From: an uncultured Ruficoccus sp.
Lineage (GTDB): Bacteria; Verrucomicrobiota; Verrucomicrobiia; Opitutales; Cerasicoccaceae
Reading direction: 5' to 3'
Assembly (NCBI GenBank): GCA_965140785.1
Contig: OZ223514.1
Span: 1 to 64,000 of the forward strand
DNA length: 64,000 nucleotides
The translations under genes and the position numbers were made by a program. The number at the start of each line of letters is the position of its first letter. Within the stretch, counting starts at the first letter, position 1. The notes under the pieces are model-generated. The model saw only the letters and a program-made list of their open reading frames with translations, was not told the origin of the DNA and ran no database searches. Of the stretch, positions 18,798 to 29,941 are shown one piece after another.

Positions 18798-20471
18798 ATG
18801 ATGAGCGAAGCGACCGACAAGCCGAAGGACTTTATCCGCCAGATGATCGCCGAAGACGTCGCGGCGGGCAAACACGGCGGGCGCGTGCACACGCGCTTCC
18901 CCCCGGAGCCCAACGGCTATCTGCAAATCGGCCACGCCAAGGCCGTCTGCCTGAACTTCGGCATCGCCGAGGAGTTCGGCGGCAAGTGCAACCTGCGCTT
19001 CGACGACACCAACCCGGAGAAGGAGAGCCAGGAGTTCGTCAACGCGATCAAGACCGATATCCGCTGGCTGGGCTTCGAATGGGACCAGGAGTGCTACGCG
19101 AGCGACTACTTTGAGCAGCTCTACACCTGGGCCTGCGACCTGATCGAGAAGGGCCTCGCCTACGTGGATGAGCAGACCCCCGAAGACATCCGCAAAAACC
19201 GTGGCTCCCTGACCGAGCCGGGTGTGAACAGTCCCTACCGCGACTGTCCCGCCGCCGAGAGTTTGGACAAGTTCGCCCGGATGCGGGCGGGCGAGTTCGA
19301 CGACGGGGCCATGGTCCTGCGGGCGAAGATCGACATGGCCGCGCCCAACATGAACCTGCGCGACCCGGTCATGTACCGCATCAAGCGCATGCACCACCAC
19401 CGCACCGGCGACAAGTGGTGCATCTACCCCAGCTACGACTTCACCCACGGGCAGAGCGATTCGCTGGAAGAGATCACGCATTCGCTGTGCTCGCTGGAGT
19501 TCGAGGACCACCGCCCGCTCTACGACTGGTTCATTGAAAAGCTCGAAATTTTCCCCTCCAAGCAGACCGAGTTCGCCCGGCTCAACCTCAACTACACCGT
19601 CGTCAGCAAGCGCAAGCTGCGCACGCTGGTCGAGGAGGGCTTCGTCTCCGGCTGGGACGACCCGCGCATGCCGACGCTCTCGGGGATGCGCCGCCGGGGC
19701 ATCCCGCCGCAGGCCGTGCGCACCTTTATCGAGAAGGTCGGGCTGACCAAGTTTAACTCCACCAGCGACATCGCCCTGCTGGAGCACGCCGTGCGCGACG
19801 AGCTCAACCGCGCCGCCGAGCGCCGCATGGCTGTGCTCGATCCGATTGAGGTCGTCATCACCAACTGGCCCGAGGGCGAAGTGGTCGAGGTGGACGCGGT
19901 CAACAACCCCGAAGACGAATCGGCGGGGACGCGCAAGGTGCCCTTCAGCGGTCGCCTGCTGATCGAGCGCGAGGACTTTCGCGAGGAGGCCAACCGCAAG
20001 TATTTTCGCCTCAAGCTGGGCGGCGAGGTTCGTCTGCGCTACGGCTACATCATCCAGGCCGAGTCGGTGGAAAAGGACGCCCACGGCAACGTCACCCGCG
20101 TGCTGTGCACGGCGGATCTGGACACGCTCAATGCCAACCCGACCGACCGCAAGGTCAAGGGCGTCATCCACTGGGTCAGCGCCGACCACGCCGTGCAGGC
20201 CGAGGTGCGGCTTTTCGACCGGCTCTTCTCGGTGGAAAAGCCCGAGGCGGACAAGGAGAAAGCTTTTACGGACTTCGTCAACCCGGACTCGCTCCAGACG
20301 GTGACGGCCTTCGTCGAGCCCGCGCTGGCCGACTCCGAGCCCGGCGCCTATTTCCAGTTCGAGCGTATCGGGTATTTTACCCCCGACAGCCTCGACCACG
20401 TCCCCGGCGAGCGCCCGGTCTTCAACCGCACCGTCACCCTCCGCGACTCCTGGGCGAAGAAGGAAGGGTAG
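18798..20471 (+). CDS. glnS: Glutamine--tRNA ligase
   Basis: [49 protein letters not shown]. Confidence 0.97.
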   Translation: MMSEATDKPKDFIRQMIAEDVAAGKHGGRVHTRFPPEPNGYLQIGHAKAVCLNFGIAEEFGGKCNLRFDDTNPEKESQEFVNAIKTDIRWLGFEWDQECYASDYFEQLYTWACDLIEKGLAYVDEQTPEDIRKNRGSLTEPGVNSPYRDCPAAESLDKFARMRAGEFDDGAMVLRAKIDMAAPNMNLRDPVMYRIKRMHHHRTGDKWCIYPSYDFTHGQSDSLEEITHSLCSLEFEDHRPLYDWFIEKLEIFPSKQTEFARLNLNYTVVSKRKLRTLVEEGFVSGWDDPRMPTLSGMRRRGIPPQAVRTFIEKVGLTKFNSTSDIALLEHAVRDELNRAAERRMAVLDPIEVVITNWPEGEVVEVDAVNNPEDESAGTRKVPFSGRLLIEREDFREEANRKYFRLKLGGEVRLRYGYIIQAESVEKDAHGNVTRVLCTADLDTLNANPTDRKVKGVIHWVSADHAVQAEVRLFDRLFSVEKPEADKEKAFTDFVNPDSLQTVTAFVEPALADSEPGAYFQFERIGYFTPDSLDHVPGERPVFNRTVTLRDSWAKKEG

Positions 20472-20494
20472 GAGTACGAACCAGCGGGTCAGGG

Positions 20495-20893
20495 ATGGGA
20501 CCAGAAAACGAAATCGCGGAGCTGCGCAAGGATGTGGGGTTCCTGTCGATGACGCTGAAGGGTGTTTTTGCGGTCCTTCTGGCGCTCTTCGCGCTGATGA
20601 ATATCCTGCTCTCCCTGCGCAGCGACGCGTTTGAAAAAATTTACACCGACATGCTCGGGGGCGCTCCCTTGCCTCTGCTGACGCAAGCCGTGCTCGACTA
20701 TCATCCCCTGATTGCCGGGGCGGCGGGCCTGAGTGCCGCTGTTGTCATCGTGCTGGTTTTCGCGCTGAAAGCGCGCTGGCCGCTGGTGCTGCTGATCGTG
20801 GTGGCGGCTGCCAATGTCGTCCTGCACTCGCTCCTGCTGTACGCCTTTTTTATGCCGATCATGGTGATCATCCGGATGCTGACGGCGTATTAA
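20495..20893 (+). CDS. Small membrane protein
   Basis: Three hydrophobic segments; FEKIYTDM..LP..T motif resembles a PilC/GspF periplasmic loop. Confidence 0.6.
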   Translation: MGPENEIAELRKDVGFLSMTLKGVFAVLLALFALMNILLSLRSDAFEKIYTDMLGGAPLPLLTQAVLDYHPLIAGAAGLSAAVVIVLVFALKARWPLVLLIVVAAANVVLHSLLLYAFFMPIMVIIRMLTAY

Positions 20894-20944
20894 CGCATGG
20901 CTCCGTCTTGCGCTGTTGGGCTCGTGGGATAGTCTGAGAAATGT

Positions 20945-21610
20945 ATGCCTTTGCCGCCTGAACGCAAAATGAGCAATCGGGCTTTGCTCGCCCTGGAGTT
21001 CGCGCTGCTGTGCGTGGGGCTGCCGACGGTGATCATTGTGTACCGGCTGGCGGGGGAGATGCTGCTGTTTCTGTGGGCGGCGGCGCTGTACTGTGGGATT
21101 GTTTACCGGCTGAAGTTTCACCGGGGGTGGGGCGAGGTGTGGCGCTGGCGGGAGGTCAACCGGGCCAATCTGCGCGTCATCCTGCCGCGCTTCGTCCTCG
21201 TGGCGGCGGCGATGACGGCCTTTCTGGTTTTTTATGATCCGGAGCGGATGCTGTCCCTGCCGCGAGAGCGACCGGGGTTGATGTTGATCCTGTTCGTGCT
21301 CTACCCGTTGCTCTCGGCGCTGCCGCAGGAGTTTATTTTCTGTACTTACTTTTTCGCCCGCTACCGCTGGTTTTTCCCGGCGCAGTGGGCGGTCGTGGGG
21401 GCCAGTGCGGTGGTTTTCGCCTATGCGCACATTTTGTTCATCAACCCGGTGGCCCCGGCCCTGAGCTTCATCGGGGGGCTGATCTTCGCCACCACCTACG
21501 CCAAGACCCGTTCGCTCGCGCTGGTCACGTTGGAGCATGCCCTGTACGGCAACTACTTGTTCTTCATTGGCTTGGGGTGGTATTTCTACGGGGGCGGGGT
21601 GACGCGGTGA
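20945..21610 (+). CDS. CPBP (Abi/CAAX-type) intramembrane metalloprotease
   Basis: Multi-TM; QEFIF, FAYAH, EHALYGN motifs. Confidence 0.8.
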   Translation: MPLPPERKMSNRALLALEFALLCVGLPTVIIVYRLAGEMLLFLWAAALYCGIVYRLKFHRGWGEVWRWREVNRANLRVILPRFVLVAAAMTAFLVFYDPERMLSLPRERPGLMLILFVLYPLLSALPQEFIFCTYFFARYRWFFPAQWAVVGASAVVFAYAHILFINPVAPALSFIGGLIFATTYAKTRSLALVTLEHALYGNYLFFIGLGWYFYGGGVTR

Positions 21611-21697
21611 CTCTGTTGCGGGTGCAGCAATTTCTGGAAACTGGGGGGAATACCGCTTTGACAAGGCGGGCCTTCGCGTCTTTATTGACCGGTTCTT

Positions 21698-23122
21698 ATG
21701 GGTAAGACCTTGTTTCAAAAAGTCTGGGAAGACCACGCCGTGCGAAAGCTGCCCAACGGGCAGACGCAGTTGTTCATCGGCACGCACCTCATTCACGAGG
21801 TGACCTCGCCGCAGGCCTTCGGCATGCTCCGTGACCTCGGGCTGACCGTCAAGTACCCCAGCCGCACCTTCGCGACCGTGGACCACATCGTGCCGACCAA
21901 CGAGTTGGTCGAGCCCTACAGCGACCCGCTGGCCCAGGCCATGATCGAGGCCCTGCGTAAGAACACGAAGGAGTTCGGCATCACGTTTTTCGACACCAAT
22001 ACCGGCAAGCAGGGCATCGTCCACATCGTCGGGCCGGAGCAGGGCATCACCCAGCCGGGCACCACGATCGCCTGTGGGGACAGCCATACCGCCACGCACG
22101 GGGCCTTTGGGGCCGTGGCCTTCGGGATCGGCACCAGCCAGGTGCGCGACATCCTGGCCACCCAGACGATGGCGCTGAACCCGTTAAAAGTCCGCCAGAT
22201 CAAGGTGGACGGCAAGCTCGCTCCCGGCGTCTACGCCAAGGACGTGATCCTGCACATCATCCGCCTGCTGGGCGTCAACGGCGGCATCGGCTACGCCTAT
22301 GAGTACGGCGGCGAAGTGTTTGACAACTTCTCCATGGAGGAGCGCATGACGGTGTGCAACATGTCCATCGAGGGCGGCGCGCGCTGTGGCTACGTCAACC
22401 CCGACGAAAAGACTTTCGAGTACCTGAAGGGCCGTCCCTACTCGCCCAACGGCGCGAAGTGGGACGACGCGGTCAAGAAATGGAAAAGCTACGCCAGCGA
22501 CAAGGACGCCAAATACGACGATATCGTCGAGATTCGCGCCGAGGACATTAAGCCGACCGTGACCTGGGGTATCAATCCCGGCCAGGCGGTCTTCATCGAC
22601 GAAAACCTGCCGCTGCTGGAGGCGCTGGACGGTCCCGACCGCGCCACCGCCGCCGAAGCCTACGAGCACATGTCGCTCAACCCCGGCCAGCCTATCCGCG
22701 GCACGAAGATTGACGTGGCCTTCCTCGGTTCCTGCACCAACGGGCGCATGAGCGACCTCGAAGAGGTGGCCAAGTACATCGAGGGCAAGAAAGTCTCTCC
22801 GAGCGTCAAGGCCATCTGTGTGCCCGGCTCGCAGATCGTGGCTCAGATCGCCGAGGCCAAGGGCCTGGACAAGATCTTTACCGAGGCCGGCTTCGAATGG
22901 CGCGGCGCGGGCTGCTCCATGTGCCTGGCCATGAACCCGGACAAGCTCCAGGGCAACCAGCTCAGTGCCTCCTCTTCGAACCGCAACTTCAAGGGCCGCC
23001 AGGGCAGCCCGACCGGACGCACCATCCTGATGAGCCCGGTCATGGTCGCCGCCGCCGCTATCACCGGCGAGATCAGCGACGCCCGCGAGGTCTTCGGCTT
23101 CGCCGAGGCGGTCAGCGCGTAA
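21698..23122 (+). CDS. leuC: 3-isopropylmalate dehydratase large subunit
   Basis: [41 protein letters not shown]. Confidence 0.97.
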   Translation: MGKTLFQKVWEDHAVRKLPNGQTQLFIGTHLIHEVTSPQAFGMLRDLGLTVKYPSRTFATVDHIVPTNELVEPYSDPLAQAMIEALRKNTKEFGITFFDTNTGKQGIVHIVGPEQGITQPGTTIACGDSHTATHGAFGAVAFGIGTSQVRDILATQTMALNPLKVRQIKVDGKLAPGVYAKDVILHIIRLLGVNGGIGYAYEYGGEVFDNFSMEERMTVCNMSIEGGARCGYVNPDEKTFEYLKGRPYSPNGAKWDDAVKKWKSYASDKDAKYDDIVEIRAEDIKPTVTWGINPGQAVFIDENLPLLEALDGPDRATAAEAYEHMSLNPGQPIRGTKIDVAFLGSCTNGRMSDLEEVAKYIEGKKVSPSVKAICVPGSQIVAQIAEAKGLDKIFTEAGFEWRGAGCSMCLAMNPDKLQGNQLSASSSNRNFKGRQGSPTGRTILMSPVMVAAAAITGEISDAREVFGFAEAVSA

Positions 23123-23151
23123 ACGGAACTGCGTTTACTGACAGCTTTCAC

Positions 23152-23184
23152 GAGGGCGGCCCGGTCGGGTCGCCCTCTTTTTTT
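23152..23184 (+). terminator. Intrinsic terminator after leuC
   Basis: gagggcggccc-ggtc-gggtcgccctc + T7. Confidence 0.8.
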
Positions 23185-23376
23185 GAGGGGGGATACAACG
23201 AAGACATCGGGTCCGCCCCGGCCACCACCCACCCCCGTCATCCCCCCGACGCTTGCGCAGACGCATCTACCGACGCACGCTTTGTGCCGGGTGATTGTGT
23301 CGGGCGGGTTACGTTTTCGCAACGGTCGGAAGTTAAGTTTGATTCCCCCGCCCCGGGCGGCTGCATTATCCGTCCC

Positions 23377-24144
23377 ATGTTTTATCTGCGCATGCTACTG
23401 CTGACCATCCTGCTCCCGCTCAGCACCTCCGCCGAGATGCTGCTGACCTCGTCGTGGACGACGAATTGGGTCAATGAGGATGGGCCTGATAATTTCTCCA
23501 TTGGACAGGCGTACACAGTGAAAGTGCTCTACGACGAAACAGCGATGCCGTACTACAATGGGCAAATGGGGTGGTGGGGCCCTGCGGAGGCGTATTGGGT
23601 TACCGGTGATACTATTGATATGACTCTGTCAATGCCGAGCGCAGGCGTTGAGTTAACGGCAAACGGTAATCTCTTTTTTATTGTAGATGGGGAGTCTTCA
23701 TGGATTAGCTTTTATGGATACGCTTGGGGCGATGACGTTACTGCATTAGGCGTAAGCAGTGTGAATATCTCGATTGCTTTCGAAGCTGGAGATATGCAGT
23801 TCGATCCTCTTTCCGGCGAGCCCATCGTACCGACCTCGCTTTCTCAATTACCGACAAATGCAAATTTCACGTTGACGTATTATTGGGACGAAGGTGCGAA
23901 ACATGTCGCGGGGGCTAGGTTCTCCGAGTTGGACCGTCGTTATTATTATGGCGAGTGGGACAATCCTGTTTTTGTGGGAGAAGATGGTCCATCTCCTGCG
24001 TATATACTGGGCGAGATCGACACCGCCACGAAGTCGTTAACGCTTGAGCAGGTGCCGGAGCCCTCAACATGGGCGGCATGGGGTGGGCTGTTCATATTGT
24101 TTGCTGGGATGGGAAGACGTCACCAGCGGCATTGCCGGCGCTAA
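23377..24144 (+). CDS. PEP-CTERM sorting-domain protein
   Basis: Signal peptide; C-terminal VPEPSTWAAWGGLFILFAGMGRRHQRHCRR; lower-GC core. Confidence 0.85.
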   Translation: MFYLRMLLLTILLPLSTSAEMLLTSSWTTNWVNEDGPDNFSIGQAYTVKVLYDETAMPYYNGQMGWWGPAEAYWVTGDTIDMTLSMPSAGVELTANGNLFFIVDGESSWISFYGYAWGDDVTALGVSSVNISIAFEAGDMQFDPLSGEPIVPTSLSQLPTNANFTLTYYWDEGAKHVAGARFSELDRRYYYGEWDNPVFVGEDGPSPAYILGEIDTATKSLTLEQVPEPSTWAAWGGLFILFAGMGRRHQRHCRR

Positions 24145-24200
24145 ACGCGCCGCTTTTTCGCATTGCGCAGGCGGGGGGCTTGTGCCAAATTTCTTCCTTT

Positions 24201-24800
24201 ATGGCAGCTTTGGAAAAGATCACCAAGGTCACCGGTCGGGCCGTTCCCGTGCCGGGTGACGATGTGGACACCGACCGGATTATCCCGGCCCGCTTCATGA
24301 AGTGCGTCACCTTCGACGGCCTGGGCGAGTACGCGTTTTTCGACGTGCGCTTCGACGGCAACGGCAACAAGAAGGCCCACCCGCTCAACGAGAAGCGCTT
24401 CGAAGGCGCGAGCATCATGCTGGTCGGGTCGAATTTCGGCTGCGGCAGTTCGCGTGAGCATGCTCCGCAGAGCCTGCACAAGTTCGGCGTGCGCGCCATT
24501 ATCGGCCTCAGCTACGCGGAGATTTTCTTCGGCAACGCCACCACGCTGGGCATGCCCTGCGTTTCCGTGGACACGGAGACCCTGCACACCCTGACCCAGT
24601 GGGTCGAGTCGCACCCGGAAAAGTCGCTCACCATCGATGTGGAGAAGCTGACCATCACCGCCGGCGACAACACCTACCCGTGCAAGCTGGCCGAAAGCGC
24701 CCACGACGGCCTGCTGGCCGGTGAATGGGACCCGCTCGCCCTCCTGCTCAACGAGCCGAAGGATATCGAGGCCGTCGCCGACCGCCTGCATTACGTCTAG
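24201..24800 (+). CDS. leuD: 3-isopropylmalate dehydratase small subunit
   Basis: DVDTDRIIPARF, NFGCGSSREHAP, SYAEIFFGN. Confidence 0.96.
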   Translation: MAALEKITKVTGRAVPVPGDDVDTDRIIPARFMKCVTFDGLGEYAFFDVRFDGNGNKKAHPLNEKRFEGASIMLVGSNFGCGSSREHAPQSLHKFGVRAIIGLSYAEIFFGNATTLGMPCVSVDTETLHTLTQWVESHPEKSLTIDVEKLTITAGDNTYPCKLAESAHDGLLAGEWDPLALLLNEPKDIEAVADRLHYV

Positions 24801-24866
24801 GCGGCTTGCACCCGCTGGCTTTGAAGGGGCTTTGCCCCTTACGGAGCCAAAAGGCTCCTATCCTGG
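24801..24866 (+). repeat. Three-hairpin REP-like element, copy A
   Basis: gcggcttgcacccgc...aaggggc-ttt-gcccctt-ac-ggagcc-aaaa-ggctcc; near-identical to reverse complement of 27701-27764. Confidence 0.8.
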
Positions 24867-24878
24867 TAACGGGGAATG

Positions 24879-25046
24879 CGAGGCAGTGTATGCAAACCTG
24901 CTCAGGTCACATCCTCGTGTCTGTTTGGGTTTGAATTTCGTGTCCTCGGCTCGACAATGCTCAAAATTGCCTCCCCTCGGAGCCCAAAATTCAACCTCCA
25001 AAATACACTTTGGCTGTTCGTTCCGAGGTTTGCGTACACAGCCTAG
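24879..25046. mobile_element. 168-bp MITE, degenerate copy
   Basis: Ends cgaggcagtgtatgcaaacct...aggtttgcgtacacagcctag; core tcctcggctcgacaa..ttgcctc shared with 44606-44773; same length. Confidence 0.75.
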
Positions 25047-25145
25047 CCTGGGTGGCGTTGATGTTTCGCTCAGCCCATCGCTGTCGCGCTGGAACGAGAA
25101 ATGGAAATCCCCTTTGAAGGAGGATTCGACACGGCTCGCATTCAG

Positions 25146-25208
25146 AGGTAGCCGCCTTTTTGGCGGCGTAGGGGGCGGAGCCCCTTATGGCCAGCGCGGG
25201 CACCCCGC
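25146..25208 (-). repeat. Three-hairpin REP-like element, copy E (inverted relative to copy A)
   Basis: Reverse complement gcggggtgcccgcgctggcc..aaggggctccgccccctac-gccgcc-aaaaa-ggcggc. Confidence 0.7.
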
Positions 25209-25268
25209 AAAATTAGCCTTGCGCGTGGGCGGGTTTTAGCCCGTCTTGGGACGGTACCTTTCTGTGTT

Positions 25269-25856
25269 ATGCTGACTTTTCTCACCGATATCGGTCTGAC
25301 TTTTCTGATTCCGCTGGGGCTGTGCTCGGTCCTGGCGGTTTTCATCATCGCTGAGCGGCTTATCGCCCTGCGCAGTTCGCGCATCCTGCCGAAGGATCTG
25401 GTGGACAGCTTCGTGACTGGCGATGTGCTGGAGCTGGAGGGCGACCCGCATTCGGTCGGCGGGCGCATCCTGTTCTTCTACAAGCTCAACGCCCCGGACC
25501 CGGACGCGCTCAAGGCCTTCGCGGCGCTGGAAATCGCCCGGCTCGAGCGCGGGATGTTCATCCTCGACATCGTGGTGGGGGCGGCGCCGCTGCTCGGCCT
25601 GCTCGGCACGGTGGCGGGCCTGATCAATGTTTTCCGCGGGATCGACCCGACCAGCGGCATGCCGGACCCGACGCTCTTTGTTCAGGGGATCGCGCTGGCC
25701 CTGGGCACGACCATGCTCGGTCTTTCGATCGCCATCCCCGCGCTGGTGGGCAACAGCTACCTGACGCGCCGGGTGGACATGCTTAGCGCCCAGATCAACG
25801 TCGGGGTCGAGCGCATGATCGACATCGCCAAGTCCAAGCTCGCCGCCAAGGCCTGA
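25269..25856 (+). CDS. MotA/TolQ/ExbB proton channel family protein
   Basis: APLLGLLGTVAGLINVF, GIALALGTTMLGLSIAIP. Confidence 0.92.
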   Translation: MLTFLTDIGLTFLIPLGLCSVLAVFIIAERLIALRSSRILPKDLVDSFVTGDVLELEGDPHSVGGRILFFYKLNAPDPDALKAFAALEIARLERGMFILDIVVGAAPLLGLLGTVAGLINVFRGIDPTSGMPDPTLFVQGIALALGTTMLGLSIAIPALVGNSYLTRRVDMLSAQINVGVERMIDIAKSKLAAKA

Positions 25857-25872
25857 CCCGGGAGTTTTTCGG

Positions 25873-26265
25873 ATGCAGATCCAAAAGCGCAGGAAAAAGA
25901 CCGAGATCAACATCGTCCCGTTGATCGACGTGCTGATTGTGCTCATCTTCTTCTTTCTGATGACGATGCAGTTCAGGAACATGAACGTCCTGAACATCAC
26001 CCCGCCGCAGATGGAGACCGCGGGCAAGGACAAGGAAATCGTCCAACTGCTGATCGGTATCGACACCGAGGGGCAGTACTTTATCGACAGCACTCCGGTG
26101 ACCCAAGACGAGCTGGTGAAAGCTTTCGACGAGGCCGCCTCGCAGGAAGAGCCGCCCTCCGTGCTTCTGATGGCCGACGAGGATGTGCCGCTGCACTACG
26201 TGACCTTCGTCATGGACCAGTCGCGCAAGTCCAAGCTGCCCAAAGTCCGCCTTCAGGCCAGATAG
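25873..26265 (+). CDS. ExbD/TolR family protein
   Basis: EINIVPLIDVLIVLIFFFL, ADEDV. Confidence 0.92.
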   Translation: MQIQKRRKKTEINIVPLIDVLIVLIFFFLMTMQFRNMNVLNITPPQMETAGKDKEIVQLLIGIDTEGQYFIDSTPVTQDELVKAFDEAASQEEPPSVLLMADEDVPLHYVTFVMDQSRKSKLPKVRLQAR

Positions 26266-26346
26266 GGCAGGGCATGCCCGGCACCCTCGGTGCTTCGTAC
26301 CGTAATGGGGCTTTGCCCCATCGGAGCCAGAAAGGCTCCTGCCCCG
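26266..26346 (+). repeat. Multi-hairpin REP-like element, copy C
   Basis: ggcagggcatgccc..ggtgc-ttc-gtacc..atggggc-ttt-gccccat-c-ggagcc-agaaa-ggctcc; matches reverse complement of 53171-53252. Confidence 0.8.
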
Positions 26347-26408
26347 AGACAGAGACCCTTCGGTGCGGGCGATTCCGGCTTGGTGTGTGGGCTTCGCTAT
26401 CCCAGCGC

Positions 26409-27143
26409 TCAGTCCTGTGACTGGAAGAGGCTCTCGATTTCTTTGCCGGTGAGGGGCTTGACGGCTCCGGGGCCGAGGCCCTTCATGCGGAGTTTGCCCA
26501 TCTGGAAGCGCTTGAGCTTTTTCACGTGGTAGCCGAAGACCTCGAAGAGGCGGCGGATTTCGCGCTTACGGCCCTGGTCGAGGTGGACCTCCACGCGCTG
26601 GTCGGCGTCCGGACCGGTGGTGGCGGGGATGATTTTTCGCGCGAAGAGGTGCTCGCCCTCGTCAATGACGCCCTTGGTCAGCTTGGGGATCATGGCGGGG
26701 TCGAAGGGCTTGTGGAGCTTGACCCGGTAGCGCTTGACGACGCCGCCGCTGGGGTGGGTGATGCGGTGGGCGAGGTCGCCGTCGTTGGTCAGGATGAGCA
26801 TGCCCTCGCTGTCCTTGTCGAGCCGCCCGGCGCAGAAGAGCCGGTCGAAGCGGTAGTCCTTGGGCAGGATGGAGAAGACGGTCAGCACGGCGTTGGGGTC
26901 GTGGTTGGTGCACAGGGTGCCCTTGGGCTTGTTCATCACGAGCGTGACCTTGCGCTTGGGCAGTTGGGGGACCTTGCGGTTCTTGACCGTGATCTGGTCG
27001 GCCTCGGGGTCCACCTTGCAGCCCAGCTCGGCGACGACGCCGTTGACCTTGACCCGGCCTTCGCGGATCCACTCCTCGGCCTCCCGCCGGGAGCACATCC
27101 CGCGGTCGGCTAAAAATTTTTGTACACGTATGGATTCAGCCAT
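26409..27143 (-). CDS. RsuA/RluB-family rRNA pseudouridine synthase with S4 domain
   Basis: RVQKFLA..G.CSRR, NKPKG, GRLDKDSEG, GRKREIRR. Confidence 0.93.
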   Translation of the reverse strand: MAESIRVQKFLADRGMCSRREAEEWIREGRVKVNGVVAELGCKVDPEADQITVKNRKVPQLPKRKVTLVMNKPKGTLCTNHDPNAVLTVFSILPKDYRFDRLFCAGRLDKDSEGMLILTNDGDLAHRITHPSGGVVKRYRVKLHKPFDPAMIPKLTKGVIDEGEHLFARKIIPATTGPDADQRVEVHLDQGRKREIRRLFEVFGYHVKKLKRFQMGKLRMKGLGPGAVKPLTGKEIESLFQSQD

Positions 27144-27189
27144 GATTGTTGGAAAGGTTTTTACAGGAGAGAGGCGGGGAAGCAGAGTC

Positions 27190-27545
27190 TTAATTTTTCT
27201 TGAATTGTTCGATGTAGCGGCGTGTCACCAGATAAAGCCCCAGTACGAGCAGGGTTTCGAAAAGAGGGATGTGATGTTGTCTTCAACAAGAAGCAGTTCA
27301 TGCGGCACCGAGTGGGCCTCCGTCAGTTGAGCGGAGGAGGGTTTTGCTCCTAAACCCCAGAGTAGTCCAAACAAGGGAGCTGTGAAAAAGAGTGCGATGA
27401 GCAGATAGCTTTTCCACTTCGTAGCCCAGAATCCCCAAAGTGCCGTGGATAAGCCAGCCGCAATAAGTACCCAGTCGTAAATGATGCTGGCTATTCCAGG
27501 AGCGTCCCAAAGCAACTGCTCGGATTCCGACACGGGCTCTAACAT
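27190..27545 (-). CDS. Lower-GC small membrane protein, probably frameshifted near 27275-27290
   Basis: ORF 27225..27545 has two TM segments. A shifted frame supplies a third (IPLFETLLVLGLYLVTRRYIEQFKKN*) ending at 27190. Confidence 0.5.
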
Positions 27546-27648
27546 GGTATCTTGTGGTTATATCACACGGAGGCACAGGGGCACAGAGGCTAACAGTGTG
27601 ATTTATCGATTCTCTGCTTCCTCATGTTTAATGTATCAATATAAAAAA

Positions 27649-27678
27649 CAAAACCGCGCCGTTGCCAGCGCGGTTTTG
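27649..27678 (-). terminator. Intrinsic terminator downstream of tkt
   Basis: caaaaccgcgc-...-gcgcggttttg preceded by A-run on + strand. Confidence 0.7.
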
Positions 27679-27700
27679 GTATAAGTTGTGTTGGTTGTTG

Positions 27701-27764
27701 CCCGGGGTAGGAGCCTTTTGGCTCCGTAGGGGCGAGCCCCTCAATGCCCGCGGGTGCAACCCGC
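27701..27764 (-). repeat. Three-hairpin REP-like element, copy B
   Basis: Reverse complement gcgggttgcacccgc..gaggggctcgcccctac-ggagcc-aaaa-ggctcc; begins at tkt stop codon. Confidence 0.8.
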
Positions 27765-29770
27765 TAAAGGCTCTTCGCGGCTTTGACGACGGCGTCGGCG
27801 GTCATGCCGAACTTCTCCATGACCACATCGCCGGGGGCGCTGATGCCGAAGGAGTCCGTGCCGAGCGCCTTGCCGTTGAGGCCGACGTAGCGGGCCCAGG
27901 CCAGGGTGATACCCGCCTCGATGGAGACACGCTTCGTGCAGGAGGGCGGCAGGACTTCGTCCTGGTAGCTCTGGTCCTGGCGCTCGAAGCGTTCCCAGCA
28001 GGGCAGGGAGACGACGCGGCAACCCTCACCGAGTTCCTTCGCGGCGACCAGGCAGTGCTGGAGCTCGCTGCCGGTCCCGATGAGGATGGTGTCCAGTTCA
28101 GCGGTTTCCTTCTTGATGATGTAGCCGCCCTTGAGCGTACCTTCGCGGCGGGTTTCCGCCGGGGTGCACTTGAGGGTCGGGACGCTCTGGCGCGAGAGGA
28201 TGAGCGCGGTCGGGCCTTCGGAACGCTCGACAGCGGCAGCGAAGGCGGCGGCGGTTTCCTCGGGATCGGCCGGGCGGTAGACGTCAAGATTCGGGATGCA
28301 GCGCAGGGCGGAGACGTGCTCGACCGGTTGGTGCGTGGGGCCGTCCTCACCGACGCCGACGGAGTCGTGCGTCCAGATGTAGAAGACGGGCAGGTGAGCC
28401 AGCGCGGCCAGGCGCACGGAGGGGCGCATGTAGTCCGAGAAGGTCAGGAAGGTCGCCCCGGAGGCCTTGAAGATGCCGTCGTAGGCGATGCCGTTGATGA
28501 TGGCGCCCATGGCGTGCTCGCGGATGCCGAAGTGGAAGTTGCGCCCGGCGTAGTTGTCCACGTCGAAGTCGCCCACACCCTTGATGTAGTTCTTGGTCGA
28601 GCCGTGCAGGTCGGCGCTGCCGGAGGTGACCATGGGCGAGGTCTTGGCAATGGCGTTGAGCACTTCGCCGCCGGCGGCGCGGGTGGCGAGCTTGGACTCG
28701 GGGTCAAAGGTCGGGATGGCCTTGAGCAGCTCTTCTTCGGTGCCGTGCTTGTGGGCGATGGCGTCGTTGAGCAGCTGCGCCAGCTCGGGGTTGGAGGTGC
28801 TCCAGGCCTTGTACTTTTCCTGCCAGGTGTCGTACTTCTCCTTCAGCGCGGCAGTGCGCTCCTTGAAGTAGGCGCGGGTCTCCTCGGAGACGTAGAAGCG
28901 CTCCTCGGGCAGGCCGAGCTTGAGGCGGTCGGCTTCGACGAACTTCGCGCCGCCCTCGCCGTGGGCCTTCTGGGTGCCGGCGACCTCGGGGATGCCGCGA
29001 CCGATCTCGGTCTTGAGAATGATGAGTTTGGGGCGGCCGTTGTCGTCTTCCTTGGCCTTGTCGAAAGCTTCGGCGATGGCCTTGAGGTCGTGGCCGTCGG
29101 GCAGCACGGTCACGTCCCAGCCGTAGGCTTCGTAGCGCTCGGCGGTGTCTTCGCACTGGGTCTTGTCAGCCATGGCGTCGAGGGTGACGTCATTGCTGTC
29201 GTAGAACATGATCAGGTTGTCCAACTTCAGGCGGGCGGCATAGGCGGCGGACTCGGCGGAGATACCTTCCTGCAGGCAGCCGTCCCCGGCCAGCGCGACG
29301 CAGTGGTAGTCGAAGAGCGGGTCCATCGGGTTGTCGAACTTGGCCTGGAGCATCTTCTGCGAGCAGGCGTAGCCGACGATGTTGCCCGTGCCCTGACCGA
29401 GCGGGCCGGTGGTGGCCTCGACGCCGTCGGTTTCCCCGTACTCGGGGTGGCCGGGGGTCTTCGAGCCGAGCTGGCGGAAGTTCTTCACCTCTTCGAGCGA
29501 GAGGTCGAACCCGGCCAGGTGCAGCCAGCTGTACAGGAACATGCTGCCGTGGCCGGCGGAGAGGATGAAGCGGTCGCGGTTGAGCCACTTCGGGTCCTTC
29601 GGGTTGTATTGGAGGGCGTGACCGAAAAGCACGGCGCCACATTCGGCGGTGCCCAGGGGCAGGCCGAGGTGACCGGAATCACAAGCGGCGACGGCGTCCA
29701 TGGCCAGGCCGCGGGCTTCGAGCGCAGCACGCGCGAGCGCATCGGTATCAAGGTTTGCAGTGACAGACAT
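27764..29770 (-). CDS. tkt: Transketolase
   Basis: [56 protein letters not shown]. Confidence 0.97.
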   Translation of the reverse strand: MSVTANLDTDALARAALEARGLAMDAVAACDSGHLGLPLGTAECGAVLFGHALQYNPKDPKWLNRDRFILSAGHGSMFLYSWLHLAGFDLSLEEVKNFRQLGSKTPGHPEYGETDGVEATTGPLGQGTGNIVGYACSQKMLQAKFDNPMDPLFDYHCVALAGDGCLQEGISAESAAYAARLKLDNLIMFYDSNDVTLDAMADKTQCEDTAERYEAYGWDVTVLPDGHDLKAIAEAFDKAKEDDNGRPKLIILKTEIGRGIPEVAGTQKAHGEGGAKFVEADRLKLGLPEERFYVSEETRAYFKERTAALKEKYDTWQEKYKAWSTSNPELAQLLNDAIAHKHGTEEELLKAIPTFDPESKLATRAAGGEVLNAIAKTSPMVTSGSADLHGSTKNYIKGVGDFDVDNYAGRNFHFGIREHAMGAIINGIAYDGIFKASGATFLTFSDYMRPSVRLAALAHLPVFYIWTHDSVGVGEDGPTHQPVEHVSALRCIPNLDVYRPADPEETAAAFAAAVERSEGPTALILSRQSVPTLKCTPAETRREGTLKGGYIIKKETAELDTILIGTGSELQHCLVAAKELGEGCRVVSLPCWERFERQDQSYQDEVLPPSCTKRVSIEAGITLAWARYVGLNGKALGTDSFGISAPGDVVMEKFGMTADAVVKAAKSL

Positions 29771-29941
29771 GACTTGCAGGCTAAGGGCTTTCGCGCCGAT
29801 GGAAAGAAAAACTTCTGTCACTGTGTTGTGACAGGGTAAGACAGTGCAAGCGACCGACCGCCCGGATGTCAGCAGGGAAAGTGTGGGAGGGGCAGGCTCG
29901 AACTAGGGGCTGGTCATGCGCCGGCCACCGCTGGGCGGAGC

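Noticed and set aside
20495..20893. pilC/gspF gene call
   Set aside because: Only a short loop motif resembles it; the protein is far too small and no pilus/T2SS genes are adjacent
22897..23376. 160-aa N-terminal extension of the PEP-CTERM ORF
   Set aside because: Overlaps leuC and its terminator; a proper signal peptide starts at ATG 23377
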